This document shows, one piece after another, positions 1 to 9,488 of a stretch of 26,106 nucleotides of DNA; positions within the stretch are counted from its first letter, which is position 1; every line of letters begins with the position of its first letter. This DNA comes from Macrostomum lignano (taxonomy: Eukaryota). The position numbers and the translations under genes are program-made. The stretch is from contig NIVC01002465.1 in NCBI GenBank assembly GCA_002269645.1, positions 42,087 through 68,192 on the forward strand, read 5' to 3'. Under the pieces are notes generated by a model, which saw nothing but the letters and a program-made list of their open reading frames with translations, had not been told where the DNA came from and did no database searches.

Positions 1-27
1 CTACTACTACTACTACTACTACTACTA

Positions 28-100
<73 letters not shown>

Positions 101-114
101 TACTACTACTACTA

Positions 115-184
<70 letters not shown>
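1..184. repeat. (CTA)n/(TAG)n microsatellite with occasional TATAC interruptions; runs off the window start
   Basis: Direct reading of the sequence. Confidence 0.98.
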
Positions 185-185
<1 letters not shown>

Positions 186-557
186 AGACACCCCTTGTAT
201 CTCTGCAAATTTCGATTGGTCTTGATAGAAAGATATTTCTAATCTAAAAAATTAGAGAAACATTGGCCTATATGTAATGAATTCAGTGCTAAAGTTTCAG
301 CTTAATCGGGTTAACAGAGCAGAAGCAATCGATCATTTAGTATTATCATTATATATACAATCCTATTTTACTATACTCAAACACCTATAAAATTAGCAAT
401 ACGATTTTAAACTCATCAAAATGTAAAAGTTATCGAGCAAACAGTTCAAACTGGGAAGTTCCAGAACTTCAAGAAGCAGATCACCAATCGTGAAAATATT
501 CAAAGTGATCGCCATTCCGTCAAATGCACTTGTCATATCGTATCGGTTTGCAAGTCC

Positions 558-1060
558 TCAATCCACGCCGACCACATGTCCGAGAACAAAAATTGAACAA
601 GAGGGCACCAGCAGCAGCAACTCACCGTTGGTGTAGCTCAGCCGGAGCACCCGGTTTCGCCAATCGCCTCCACAGTTCTGGCCCGAGTTTCCACTGCAGG
701 CAAGAAAGCAGTCCGAGTCGGAGCAGCGCCCTGCGACCCGTAGGAGTTGCCGCAGTGGCACCAGTACATGGCCTGCAGAGCCGCGAACTGGAATCCGCCC
801 AGAGCGCAGACGCTGCTGCACAGCTCGTGAGTCATTATCGAGTCGCTGCCGACATACGCGCCACTGGCATGGTTCTCCGGAGATACCTCGGAGCTGCCGA
901 TCCGTATGAGGCCAATGTGCTTCAAGTCATTGACGTCTCTCACGCCATTCTTGTGGTCAACGAAGCAGCCGAGGTCCGAGATCTGGAACTGGCGGCAGAG
1001 AGCGGCGCAGATCAGGCAGCTCAGGATCGGAGCAGTGCAGAGAATCCTGCAGAGAGGCAT
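558..1060 (-). pseudogene. Secreted WSC-domain protein, single exon, broken by a 1-nt frameshift at about 720-721 (pseudogene or sequence error)
   Basis: ORF 1060-638 gives a signal-peptide-like N-terminus (MPLCRILCTAPILSCLICAALC), then LGCFVD...RD...MTHELCSSVCALGGFQFAALQAMYWCHCGNSYGSQGAA. The rest of the WSC consensus (DSDCFLACSGNSGQNCGGDWRNRV) continues in the adjacent frame (ORF 821-558) and ends in a hydrophobic tail. Confidence 0.8.
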
Positions 1061-1885
1061 GGCCAGGCTGGGTTTGTCAGTGCGGCATTAAGCAGAAGAT
1101 TGCCGAATCTCTGCGCGAGAGAGAGGCTAAATAACAGCAGCCTTATTGATGCGTTGCCATGGCGACTCTCAGCAGGCAGCCTCTTGCCTATCGGTAAAGG
1201 GAACTCTGTCGATGCGGCATGAGTCTGATTGAAATCGGTATTAACTCTCTGTGAGTATTCAGACTCAGTGAGATGTGCGATCATTGGGAGTCTCGATTTG
1301 TTCTGTCTCTGTCAAATCGGAATCATTGTTTCGCAGGAGGCGTCGAAGCCATCAGGCCCAGCATCTGCTTGCGTGAATAAATGACTTTTAATTTTATTGC
1401 AGCCTCAGTTTGTGACTCAAAGAGAGAAGAGCAGCGGTGATTAATAAGACAGACTGAAGCCGCTCCGAAAATTCCTCGGGATACGCTCGTAAATGAGAAA
1501 CAAAACTTCTGCAGCCATAAAGCCTGTGGACTCATTTAAAATGCTGTTGCTTATCGGAATTAATGATAAAGCCATTGTTTAACGAAACGTCACGAAGAGG
1601 CAGGCGCATGCAACAATGGGATTCGATGGTCAATTGTGGACGCCCAATTGCATAGTGGACACACAGGCCTTACTGATCCTTATGGCCTTATGGCTTCGTC
1701 AGGCTGATGATGTACGATAATTATTCTGCAGTGAGTGCAGCACTCGAAGTTTTCGGTAATTTTTACCGGCATCAATCGAGAACATTTTACCGGCTTCTGC
1801 TTCTTCTTCTTCTTCATGGTTCCATGTCTTCTTCAGGTACACATGGAGAGTGTACATGCCTGACGGTTAGAAAGTCAGGGCCGCT

Positions 1886-4321
1886 GTGCAACCTGCGGTC
1901 GCTCGTGCGGTCAGAACCTTCAAACCCTTCAAATCTCCTGGACCTGATGGTATCTACCCTGTTCTCCTTCGTGAAGCAGCCAAGATACCCTCGTTCCTGA
2001 GACTCACCCGCAATCTTATGCGGGCCTCTATCCAGCTGGGATACGTTCCCAAATGCTGGACTGAAGCTCGGGTAGTCTTTATTCCCAAACCTGGGAAGGG
2101 TGACTACCAAAGCGTCAAGGCCTTCCGGCCTATTAGCTTAACGTTAGCAATGCTTAAGCTCACTGAGAGGCTTATTCTCTGGCGGCTGCTGTCCTGCGAG
2201 CTGACAGCGATGCCCCTCAGCAATAATCAGCACGCCTTCCGTACCGGGAGGTCGACTGACAGCGCCCTGCATGCGATTGTCGAGAAGATTGAAAGGGCGG
2301 TACTGGGTGACGGTTACGCTCTGGCTCTCTTTCTTGACATTGTTGGCGCCTTCGACAACGTTATCTTTGAAGCGTTTCAGAGGGCCCTTCAAAATCGCAA
2401 AGCTCATGCTACCCTCATACGGTGGATCATGTACATGATCTCCAACCGTACGGTCACTGCCCAACTTCTTGGGCAAATTGCCTCCACCAGAGTCTGTAAG
2501 GGTGGACCCCAAGGCGGAGTCCTCACCCCGACGCTCTGGAACCTGGTCATGGACGCTCTTTTGAGTGACTCCCGACCCGACCCCGTCTTCAAAGTCGGGT
2601 ATGCTGATGACGTCACGGCCATTGTGGCAGGACCGTCTCCCAGCACGCTCAGGGATCTGATGCAGAGCTTTATCCGCAAAGCAGAATCCTGGGCCAATGA
2701 CAATGGTCTGGAACTCTCTGAGCCCAAAACCGTTGCCATTATGTTTACCAGCAGACTACGCTGGAACATACGTCCTCTGCAGCTCTACGGCAGAGATATT
2801 GCCTTCGCGCACCAGACCAGATGTCTCGGGGTCATACTTGACCACCGGCTCAACTGGTCCTCCCACGTGAAAGCAAAAGCCAAGCGTGCCTCAGCCATCC
2901 TGGCCCAGCTCCGACGAGCACTTGGCACTTCTTGGGGTCTATCCCCAAAGCGGCTTTGGTGGATCTACACTTCCGTAGTTAGACCTGCCATTACGTACGC
3001 CTCTGTTGTCTGGGTTAGCGCTACCCAGGTCAAAAGCCATGCAGACCTGCTCAACACGATCCAAGGCAGAGCGTGTAGGCTCATCTGCAACGCCACCAGG
3101 TCCACGCCCTTTGCTGGCATGGGGGCCTTCCTTAATCTTCCGCCTCTTGACCTCTTCATCAGGGGTGAGGCGGCTAGAACGACGCGGCGTCTAATTGATG
3201 CCGGCGTCAAATTCATTTACATGAGAGCACCTGCTAAGCGGAACCTTGTCCCGCATAGCGATCTGTGCCTCAACTTTCTCAACGAGTGTCAGGCCAATCG
3301 CGTCTTCACCGATGGCATTGCCTCAACGCTCAACCTGAGACAGCGCTACTCCGTAGCTATCGACTCGCGCGATAACATCAATGACCAATGGAACCCTGGT
3401 GAGCTTCATTGCTACACCGACGGTTCTAAGCAGTCAGCCAACACCGGCTTTGGTGTTGGAATCTTTCTGAACGGGAGGGTCATCGCTACCCACGCTCAAT
3501 ACACTGGGGTCAACTCCAGTGTTTTCCAAAATGAAGTTCTGGCCATCAGCTCCTGCACTGCAGAGCTTCTCGCCACTGGCGTTACTGGTAAGAACATCAT
3601 TTTCCATTCGGACAGCCAAGCTGCCTTGCACGCCATCAGTGGCTGCAGCACCAACTCTGCTACAGTCCTCGACTGTATCAAACTCCTCAACGTGTTGGGT
3701 TCCGCCAACAAAATTACCTTTAAGTGGGTTCCGGGGCATGTGGGGATCCGAGGAAATGAGTTGGCTGACACCCTTGCAAAAGTTGGTGCCTCCGGCTCCT
3801 CTCTCGGCCCCGAACCCCTTGTCCCGATTCCTGGCTGTGTCATCGACTCGCGCATCAAAGCGTGGATCAGGACTCAGCACCGCTCGACTTGGGTGAACCG
3901 CACGAACTGCAGGCAATCCAGAGGCGCTGTCCCTCAGCCCTCTCACCAGCTCCGGAAGCTCCTCTTGCGCCTCTCGCGCAGAGACATCCGGGCTGCCACC
4001 ATGACCCTCTCTGGTCACGGCTGCTTCTCCAGGCACCAGTACCTGCAGGGCAACGCCACCAACGCCACCTGTAGTTTCTGCAACTCAGGTGACGAAACCG
4101 CTGAGCATTTCGTCAGCATCTGTCCCGCCTTCACGCGGGCCAGACTCACTTACCTCGGGCCACACACATCTATTACTGAAGCGTGCAAACCCGAAAACTT
4201 TAATCAGCTCATGCGCTACCTTCGGGCCACCCGCAGGGCTGAACTCTCCTTTCCAGAGAGCACTATAGCTGCTGGCGACACTGGGGGACCTCCCTGGGCG
4301 GCGCCAACCCTCCGTCCATAG
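1886..4321 (+). CDS. Retrotransposon pol ORF2 fragment: reverse transcriptase + RNase H + C-terminal Cys/His zinc knuckle (no true start; the ORF-track start lies in the TSD)
   Basis: PFKSPGPDGIYP, FRPISL, QHAFRTGRST, FLDIVGAFD, GGPQGGVLTP, YADD, CLGVILD; RNase H YTDGS...NEVLAI...HSDSQAAL...WVPGHVGIRGNELADTLAK; CSFC...ETAEHFVSIC. The frame is uninterrupted for 2.4 kb. Confidence 0.95.
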   Translation: MQPAVARAVRTFKPFKSPGPDGIYPVLLREAAKIPSFLRLTRNLMRASIQLGYVPKCWTEARVVFIPKPGKGDYQSVKAFRPISLTLAMLKLTERLILWRLLSCELTAMPLSNNQHAFRTGRSTDSALHAIVEKIERAVLGDGYALALFLDIVGAFDNVIFEAFQRALQNRKAHATLIRWIMYMISNRTVTAQLLGQIASTRVCKGGPQGGVLTPTLWNLVMDALLSDSRPDPVFKVGYADDVTAIVAGPSPSTLRDLMQSFIRKAESWANDNGLELSEPKTVAIMFTSRLRWNIRPLQLYGRDIAFAHQTRCLGVILDHRLNWSSHVKAKAKRASAILAQLRRALGTSWGLSPKRLWWIYTSVVRPAITYASVVWVSATQVKSHADLLNTIQGRACRLICNATRSTPFAGMGAFLNLPPLDLFIRGEAARTTRRLIDAGVKFIYMRAPAKRNLVPHSDLCLNFLNECQANRVFTDGIASTLNLRQRYSVAIDSRDNINDQWNPGELHCYTDGSKQSANTGFGVGIFLNGRVIATHAQYTGVNSSVFQNEVLAISSCTAELLATGVTGKNIIFHSDSQAALHAISGCSTNSATVLDCIKLLNVLGSANKITFKWVPGHVGIRGNELADTLAKVGASGSSLGPEPLVPIPGCVIDSRIKAWIRTQHRSTWVNRTNCRQSRGAVPQPSHQLRKLLLRLSRRDIRAATMTLSGHGCFSRHQYLQGNATNATCSFCNSGDETAEHFVSICPAFTRARLTYLGPHTSITEACKPENFNQLMRYLRATRRAELSFPESTIAAGDTGGPPWAAPTLRP

Positions 4322-4418
4322 CGACGCGTCGGCCGTTCAGGGACTAGCGGAATGGGCGCCCGCGCCTTCCCGCTGTGTCCCCTCCGGGATAGCCCTGCAG
4401 CTAAGTCAAGTAAGTCAA
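1896..4418 (+). mobile_element. 5'-truncated non-LTR retrotransposon (I-group, LOA/R1-like) with 3' UTR and (TAAGTCAAG)2 tail, flanked by TSD GTGCAACCTG
   Basis: Identical 10-mers GTGCAACCTG at 1886-1895 and 4419-4428. Contains an RT-RNase H-CCHC ORF. No endonuclease domain or ORF1 is present; the element starts just before the RT domain. Confidence 0.92.
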
Positions 4419-4425
4419 GTGCAAC

Positions 4426-4685
<260 letters not shown>

Positions 4686-4837
4686 GGCCTGAACTTTCAA
4701 CAAGCAGCTTGGACTCTATTTTTCGTTCTATCTGCTAAAGTCCATTACGGGTATGTTGCGAAGCCGTTTGCAACCCAGTCCAGTGGCAGAATGTGACCCA
4801 GCCAGTTTTGCTCTCTGCAGTTCCAGCTGCACTATAG

Positions 4838-4857
4838 CACATTCCCTGGCCCGACCG
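4838..4857 (+). CDS. Bestrophin small exon (H-I-P-W-P-D-R); 5' boundary uncertain (acceptor at 4820 with a frameshift, or at 4837)
   Basis: ATT CCC TGG CCC GAC CG|GTGAGG matches the bestrophin PWPDR motif. The phase-2 donor at 4858 joins the phase-2 acceptor at 4930 to give CGC (Arg). Confidence 0.6.
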
Positions 4858-4930
4858 GTGAGGTGAAGGGGACTTGTAGGATAAGCGAAGAGCAGTGCTC
4901 AACTCTCTAGGTCATTATCCCCCATTGCAG

Positions 4931-5097
4931 CTTCATGTCCTACATCAGCACCCTGATCCCCGGCGCCGATGAGGTCACCGTGATGCTGCGCAGGACCATC
5001 GTGCGCTACCTCCTGCTGTGCGAGGTGCTGCTGCTCATGACCGTCAGCGCGCCCATCAAGAAGCGCTTCCCGACTGTTGAGCCCCTGGTTGATGAGG
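4931..5097 (+). CDS. Bestrophin-family Ca2+-activated chloride channel, internal exon
   Basis: FMSYISTLIPGADEVTVMLRRTIVRYLLLCEVLLLMTVSAPIKKRFPTVEPLVDEG matches bestrophin G.DE..R..RRT..RY..L...L....S....KRFP...L...G. Flanked by ttgcag| and |gtgagc. Confidence 0.88.
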
Positions 5098-5100
5098 GTG

Positions 5101-5290
5101 AGCACCCCCATCCCCACCTGAGCATCCCCATCCCCACCTGAGCAACCCCCTCCCCACCTGAGCATCCCCACCTGAGCATCCCCACCTGAGCATCCCCACC
5201 TGAGCATCCCCACCTGAGCATCCCCACCTGAGCATCCCCACCTGAGCATCCCCACCTGAGCACCCCATCCCCACCTGAGCATCCCCACCC
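5101..5290. repeat. 14-bp minisatellite (CACCTGAGCATCCC), about 12 copies, starting at the splice donor
   Basis: Direct reading; 14-aa periodicity in the spurious ORFs. Confidence 0.95.
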
Positions 5291-5690
5291 CCTGTGTCTG
5301 TCACTCGCAGTGTCTGTCACTCCCTGTGTCTGTCACTCCCTGTGTCTGTCACTCGCAGTGTCTGTCACTCTCTGTGTCTGTCACTCTCTGTGTCTGTCAC
5401 TCTCTGTGTCTGTCACTCGCAGTGTCTGTCACTCGCAGTGTCTGTCACTCCCTGTGTCTGTCACTCTCTGTGTCTGTCACTCTCTGTGTCTGTCACTCGC
5501 AGTGTCTGTCACTCGCAGTGTCTGTCACTCCCTGTGTCTGTCACTCTCTGTGTCTGTCACTCTCTGTGTCTGTCACTCGCAGTGTCTGTCACTCGCAGTG
5601 TCTGTCACTCCCTGTGTCTGTCACTCTCTGTGTCTGTCACTCTCTGTGTCTGTCACTCCCTGTGTCTGTCACTTCCAGTGTCTGTTACTC
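5291..5690. repeat. 16-bp minisatellite ([GCA/CCT/TCT]GTGTCTGTCACTC), 25 units, with an 80-bp higher-order repeat
   Basis: Units counted at 16-bp spacing from 5291. Confidence 0.96.
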
Positions 5691-5760
5691 CAAGATTGTG
5701 TGTCACTCTAGCATGTGTCATTCTGGGATCTGTGTGTCACTCTAGGGTGTATCACTCTGA

Positions 5761-6125
5761 GATTTGTGTGTCACTCTGGGATTTGTGTGTCACTCTGGAA
5801 TTTGTGTGTCACTCTGGGATTTGTGTGTCACTCTGGGATTTGTGTGTCACTCTGGGATTTGTGTGTCACTCTGGGATTTGTGTGTCACTCTGGGATTTGT
5901 GTGTCACTCTGGGATTTGTGTGTCACTCTGGATTTGTGTGTCACTCTGGGATTTGTGTGTCACTCTGGGATTTGTGTGTCACTCTGGGATTTGTGTGTCA
6001 CTCTGGGATTTGTGTGTCACTCTGGGATTTGTGTGTCACTCTGGGATTTGTGTGTCACTCTGGGATTTGTGTGTCACTCTGGGATTTGTGTGTCACTCTG
6101 GGATTTGTGTGTCCCTTTGCGATTT
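5761..6125. repeat. 19-bp minisatellite (GGGATTTGTGTGTCACTCT), about 19 copies, with degenerate units upstream from about 5700
   Basis: Direct reading; 19-aa periodicity in the spurious ORFs. Confidence 0.96.
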
Positions 6126-6158
6126 GTCTGTCACACTTTTCTAACCCACCCTACGTAG

Positions 6159-6430
6159 GCCTGCGGAAGGCGAGCCGCTCAGCTGACAAGGCGGAGACGG
6201 GCCGCCACCCCTGCCAGCCCAGCAGCCCGACCGCCGCGGGCTCCGCCGAGCTGCCCCCAGCGCCGTTTCACTTTCCGAGCATCGGCCTGCAGCAGTCGCC
6301 GACGCGCCTGACGGAGGTCACCGAGGCCGGCCCCGGGCGTCCATCGTCCTACCGGCGTGGTGCTGCCGCTGCCGCTAGTGTCGACAAAGACGTCGACAAA
6401 GACTCGCCAAGTGCACCACTTGTAACCTAA
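6159..6430 (+). CDS. Probable terminal exon of the bestrophin-like gene (low-complexity Ser/Pro/Ala tail)
   Basis: ctacgtag|GC CTG CGG is phase-compatible with the phase-1 donor at 5098 (GGC, Gly). GC-rich coding-like composition up to TAA at 6428-6430; AATAAA at 6903-6908. Confidence 0.55.
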
Positions 6431-6442
6431 ATGTTTGCTCGC

Positions 6443-6495
6443 TTGATTGATTGATTGATTGATTAATTGATTATTTGGTTGGTTGGGAGATTGAC

Positions 6496-6546
<51 letters not shown>

Positions 6547-6632
6547 CTGATTGACTGATTGACTGATTGACTGATTGACTGATTCATTGATTGATTCATT
6601 GACTGATTGATTGATTGACTGATCGATCGATT
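6443..6632. repeat. (TGAT)n/(TGAC)n tetranucleotide microsatellite
   Basis: Direct reading. Confidence 0.95.
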
Positions 6633-6988
6633 AATTCGTTACTAGACTAGAGAAAACTACTGTTTGGTTCTTGTTATATAAAGTTTCGACCTTGCAAAAG
6701 TGGCTGCTAAATTCAAGTTTTCGACGCAGTATCTACCTTGTGAAATAATTTACTTTTCAACCTTGTAAAAGCACATCAGGCCATCTTGCGGCTGTCTTGC
6801 ACTTTAATCATGACTGATGCTATCGACTCTCATTTTGCAGCTTACTGACTGCAGTGAGGGGCTGCTTGAAATGTTCAATCTGTATCAGGACAATGTCGGA
6901 CCAATAAAAGAGTAAAATGAAACTGGATTCCCAGCTAAACAGCTGTTCCTGTGGTTTATTTCTGCTCTTTCTCCAAGTCCGATCACGG

Positions 6989-7438
6989 TCAATAGACGTA
7001 GAACGCCACCTCAGCCACTGTGATGATTTTATTGACTGCGTCGTCTTTTTTGGGAATAATTTTTAAATCCTTGACCTCATCCACATCGCAGCCGCCATGA
7101 GAAGCATAGTATTTGTCTGCATAATATTTTCCAACAGTATAGAAGCAGGATATCGGGTTCCCCTCATGGATGACATATATTTCGTAATCAGTGAGGCTCT
7201 TCAAGCAGCAGCCGTACTTGCCCCAGACAACGTAGCCCCTCAAGTGCACTGGAGCATCAAATTTGTAGTGAAAATACGTCTCATGCACTGGAGTCGAAGG
7301 CTTGGCGAACTTCTTGTTCAGCGCCTGTCCGTAGGAGTACACGTCATTGTCAATTGTGCGCTCGCATTCTGGCCAGCTCGTCCAACAGGAGACGTTCAAC
7401 TTTCCTGGAATTCCGGTTTTGGTGTCGGGGGTGAGGTT
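6989..7438 (-). CDS. Terminal exon encoding a divergent F-type-lectin/discoidin (galactose-binding-like fold) domain
   Basis: CERTIDND...YVVWGKYGCCLKSLTDYEIYV...C...C...IITVAEVAFY resembles the F-type lectin pattern AIDG...V.I.NR.DCC..RL..+EI.VG...LTLCEVEVY. The frame is open from the acceptor ctctctag at 7439; an alternative acceptor lies at 7405. Minus-strand AATAAA at 6955-6960. Confidence 0.55.
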   Translation of the reverse strand, partial: NLTPDTKTGIPGKLNVSCWTSWPECERTIDNDVYSYGQALNKKFAKPSTPVHETYFHYKFDAPVHLRGYVVWGKYGCCLKSLTDYEIYVIHEGNPISCFYTVGKYYADKYYASHGGCDVDEVKDLKIIPKKDDAVNKIITVAEVAFYVY

Positions 7439-8121
7439 CTAGAGAGGCTTAAAAATGTACTTTCGACCTTCCGTTGTGTTCAATCTATAGGCCTACCTAA
7501 TCAAAAGAAACAAAATAAAAAAGGATTCTTTAACATTGTAATAATAGGGCATTTATGCTTTTACGCTACTGTCAGTAGTTCTAGCCAGGGAAAGTATTCA
7601 TGATGGGATTAGAACGTGATTTTGGGGCTTTGTTCTAAGTAGCGAGCAGTTGAGACTCGTGAAGAAGAAGTTACACATTTTGGGACTTTGAGCCAGTCTA
7701 AGGCATTTCTAACGTAGAGGAGATGATAAAGTAAGATCGGGAATAGCAGTTGTGGAATTCATGTACGTAAAACTGTTACAGGTGGTCGATGCCATAGCAG
7801 TACACAACGGTAGTCGATGCCGATCAATTTTTGCACCAGTTTAATAAACTATCTGTAATACCTATTGCATATTAATAAGTTTGTTTTGTTGGACTATATC
7901 TCTCGAGTAAATAAATTCTTTGTTTTCCGGTCTAAGTCTTTAATTATCTAAGTATTAGGATTAGGAATACCAAAAACCTGGTGGCAGCAACCTACCAAAA
8001 ATCAAACTAGTTAGATTCACCAAGAACAATCATAATAAACCAAGTAGCCTAAACCGCAAGGGCCACGATCGCAATATACGCTCGTAGCAATCCCGATAGT
8101 TTAGCAGTAACTGGTGCACTA

Positions 8122-9438
8122 CGAGGGTCACTCAGAAAGTCTTTAGCCTGAGTAGGATCCACGAGACGTAGAAGCATGAAATTTGTCTATGGTGAAGACC
8201 AACTTTTAAAAGTATTGCAACAAAAATTTCAAACAGAAGCAGCCACTTTTGAGTCCACTGCAGCGAGTTAAAGTCAGTTCACCCCCCTGAGTTCTTTAAT
8301 TCAACAATGAAGCTGGAAAATCGCGACTTCAGAGCAATGATGTACTTGCACTTCAAGCAAGGCAAGTCGCCGGCCGAATCGTATCAAACTTTACAGAACG
8401 TTTTTACCCATGTATGTCCTTCATACGCAACCGTCAAAAACTGGTTCGCTGAGTTTCGCCGAGGTCAAGAAAGCCTCGAAGATGAACATCGATCCGGGAG
8501 ACCCTGTGACGCAGTGACTCCAGAAAATATCTGCGCTGTGTCCAGCATGATTGCCGCTGACCGGCGAGTGACCTACCAGCAGATCCAGCAGGAGATCGGT
8601 ATTGGATCGGGGAGTGTGCACGCCATTCTGCACGAACACCTTGGAGTGCGGAAGCTGGCTTCCCGGTGGATCCCCCATCAGCTGTCGGACGTGCAGAAGG
8701 ACACCAGGGTGGCTTGGTGCCGATTTATGCTGCAGAAATTCGAATCTGGGACCAGCCGGCGTATCTGGGACATCCTCACGGGCGATGAGACCTGGATTTA
8801 TCAATACGACCCCGAAAGCAAGCGCCAGTCAGCCATGTGGACCTTTGGAGATGAGGACAGCCCCACCAAGTTTCGACGCAGCCGGAGTGTCGGCAAGCAG
8901 ATGGTGGCCTGTTTCTTCATGCGCACTGGGCATGTGGCTTCCGTTTCACTTGAAGATCGCCAGACAGTCGCCGCTGACTGGTACACAACGGTTTGCCTGC
9001 CCAAAGTCTTTTCTGCTGTGAGCCAGAGGCGCCCAAGGTGCGGAATGCGCGGGGTGCTGCTGCACCACGACAACGCCAGCGCGCACACGGCGGCTCAAAC
9101 TCTTGAGTTTCTGGCTGACTGTGGGGTCCAGCTGATGACTCACCCTGCGTATAGTCCAGACCTGGCACCGTGCGACTTTTTTCTGTTTCCGAAGTGCAAG
9201 GAGATTCTGAAGGGCCAGGTCTTTTCTTCACCGGAAGAAGCTGTGAATGAGTTCAAAAACATCATCGAGGAGCTCCGGGATGAGGATTGGCGGCATTGCT
9301 TCGACAGCTGGTTTCACAGGATGCAAGCCTGTATCAATGCCAGTGGAGAGTATTTTGAGCACTTGCAGTCGTTTTTTAGTTCATTTGTTGCTGTTTTCGT
9401 GTTCAGGCTAAGAACCAGCGCTATTCTCAGGGTTCTCG
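8122..9438 (+). mobile_element. Mariner (D,D34D; irritans/Hsmar2-like TIR) DNA transposon with an intact left end and a damaged right end
   Basis: TA at 8120-8121 followed by CGAGGGTCACTCAGAAAGTCTTTAGCCTGA. At the right end only TCAGGCTAA (9403-9411) matches the reverse complement exactly; a degenerate match follows at 9424-9438 and there is no terminal TA. Confidence 0.9.
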
Positions 9439-9449
9439 AGGTTTTATGA
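8307..9449 (+). CDS. Mariner transposase, open frame, with a 27-aa C-terminal read-through extension
   Basis: N-terminal HTH region, RWIPHQL, TGDETWIYQY, HHDNASAH, YSPDLAPCDFFLF with exactly 34 residues between the 2nd and 3rd Asp, and GEYFE. Confidence 0.96.
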   Translation: MKLENRDFRAMMYLHFKQGKSPAESYQTLQNVFTHVCPSYATVKNWFAEFRRGQESLEDEHRSGRPCDAVTPENICAVSSMIAADRRVTYQQIQQEIGIGSGSVHAILHEHLGVRKLASRWIPHQLSDVQKDTRVAWCRFMLQKFESGTSRRIWDILTGDETWIYQYDPESKRQSAMWTFGDEDSPTKFRRSRSVGKQMVACFFMRTGHVASVSLEDRQTVAADWYTTVCLPKVFSAVSQRRPRCGMRGVLLHHDNASAHTAAQTLEFLADCGVQLMTHPAYSPDLAPCDFFLFPKCKEILKGQVFSSPEEAVNEFKNIIEELRDEDWRHCFDSWFHRMQACINASGEYFEHLQSFFSSFVAVFVFRLRTSAILRVLEVL

Positions 9450-9488
9450 GCTTGAGGTAAGAAATAGGAAGGACTGCTGGGAGCTCAC

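Noticed and set aside
185-520. Possible DNA-transposon or MITE end (reverse strand TACAAGGGGTGTC)
   Set aside because: No partner TIR was found in the window.
524-1222. 232-aa plus-strand ORF
   Set aside because: It is antisense to the WSC gene, has no recognisable motifs, and is the expected shadow of GC-rich coding DNA.
1837-1865. Candidate upstream bestrophin microexon (cttcag|G TAC ACA TGG AGA GTG TAC ATG CCT GAC G|gttag, YTWRVYMPD)
   Set aside because: Only a loose match to FIYRLALTE, and no flanking exons could be found to connect it.
2144-4074. Antisense and alternate-frame ORFs over the LINE (similar shadows occur over the mariner, GCC and fusion genes)
   Set aside because: Shadow ORFs with no independent motifs.
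7740-7830. PAN-like Cys pattern on the minus strand (RCVLL / MASTTCNSFTY)
   Set aside because: Needs two frameshifts and has no usable splice sites; could be chance.
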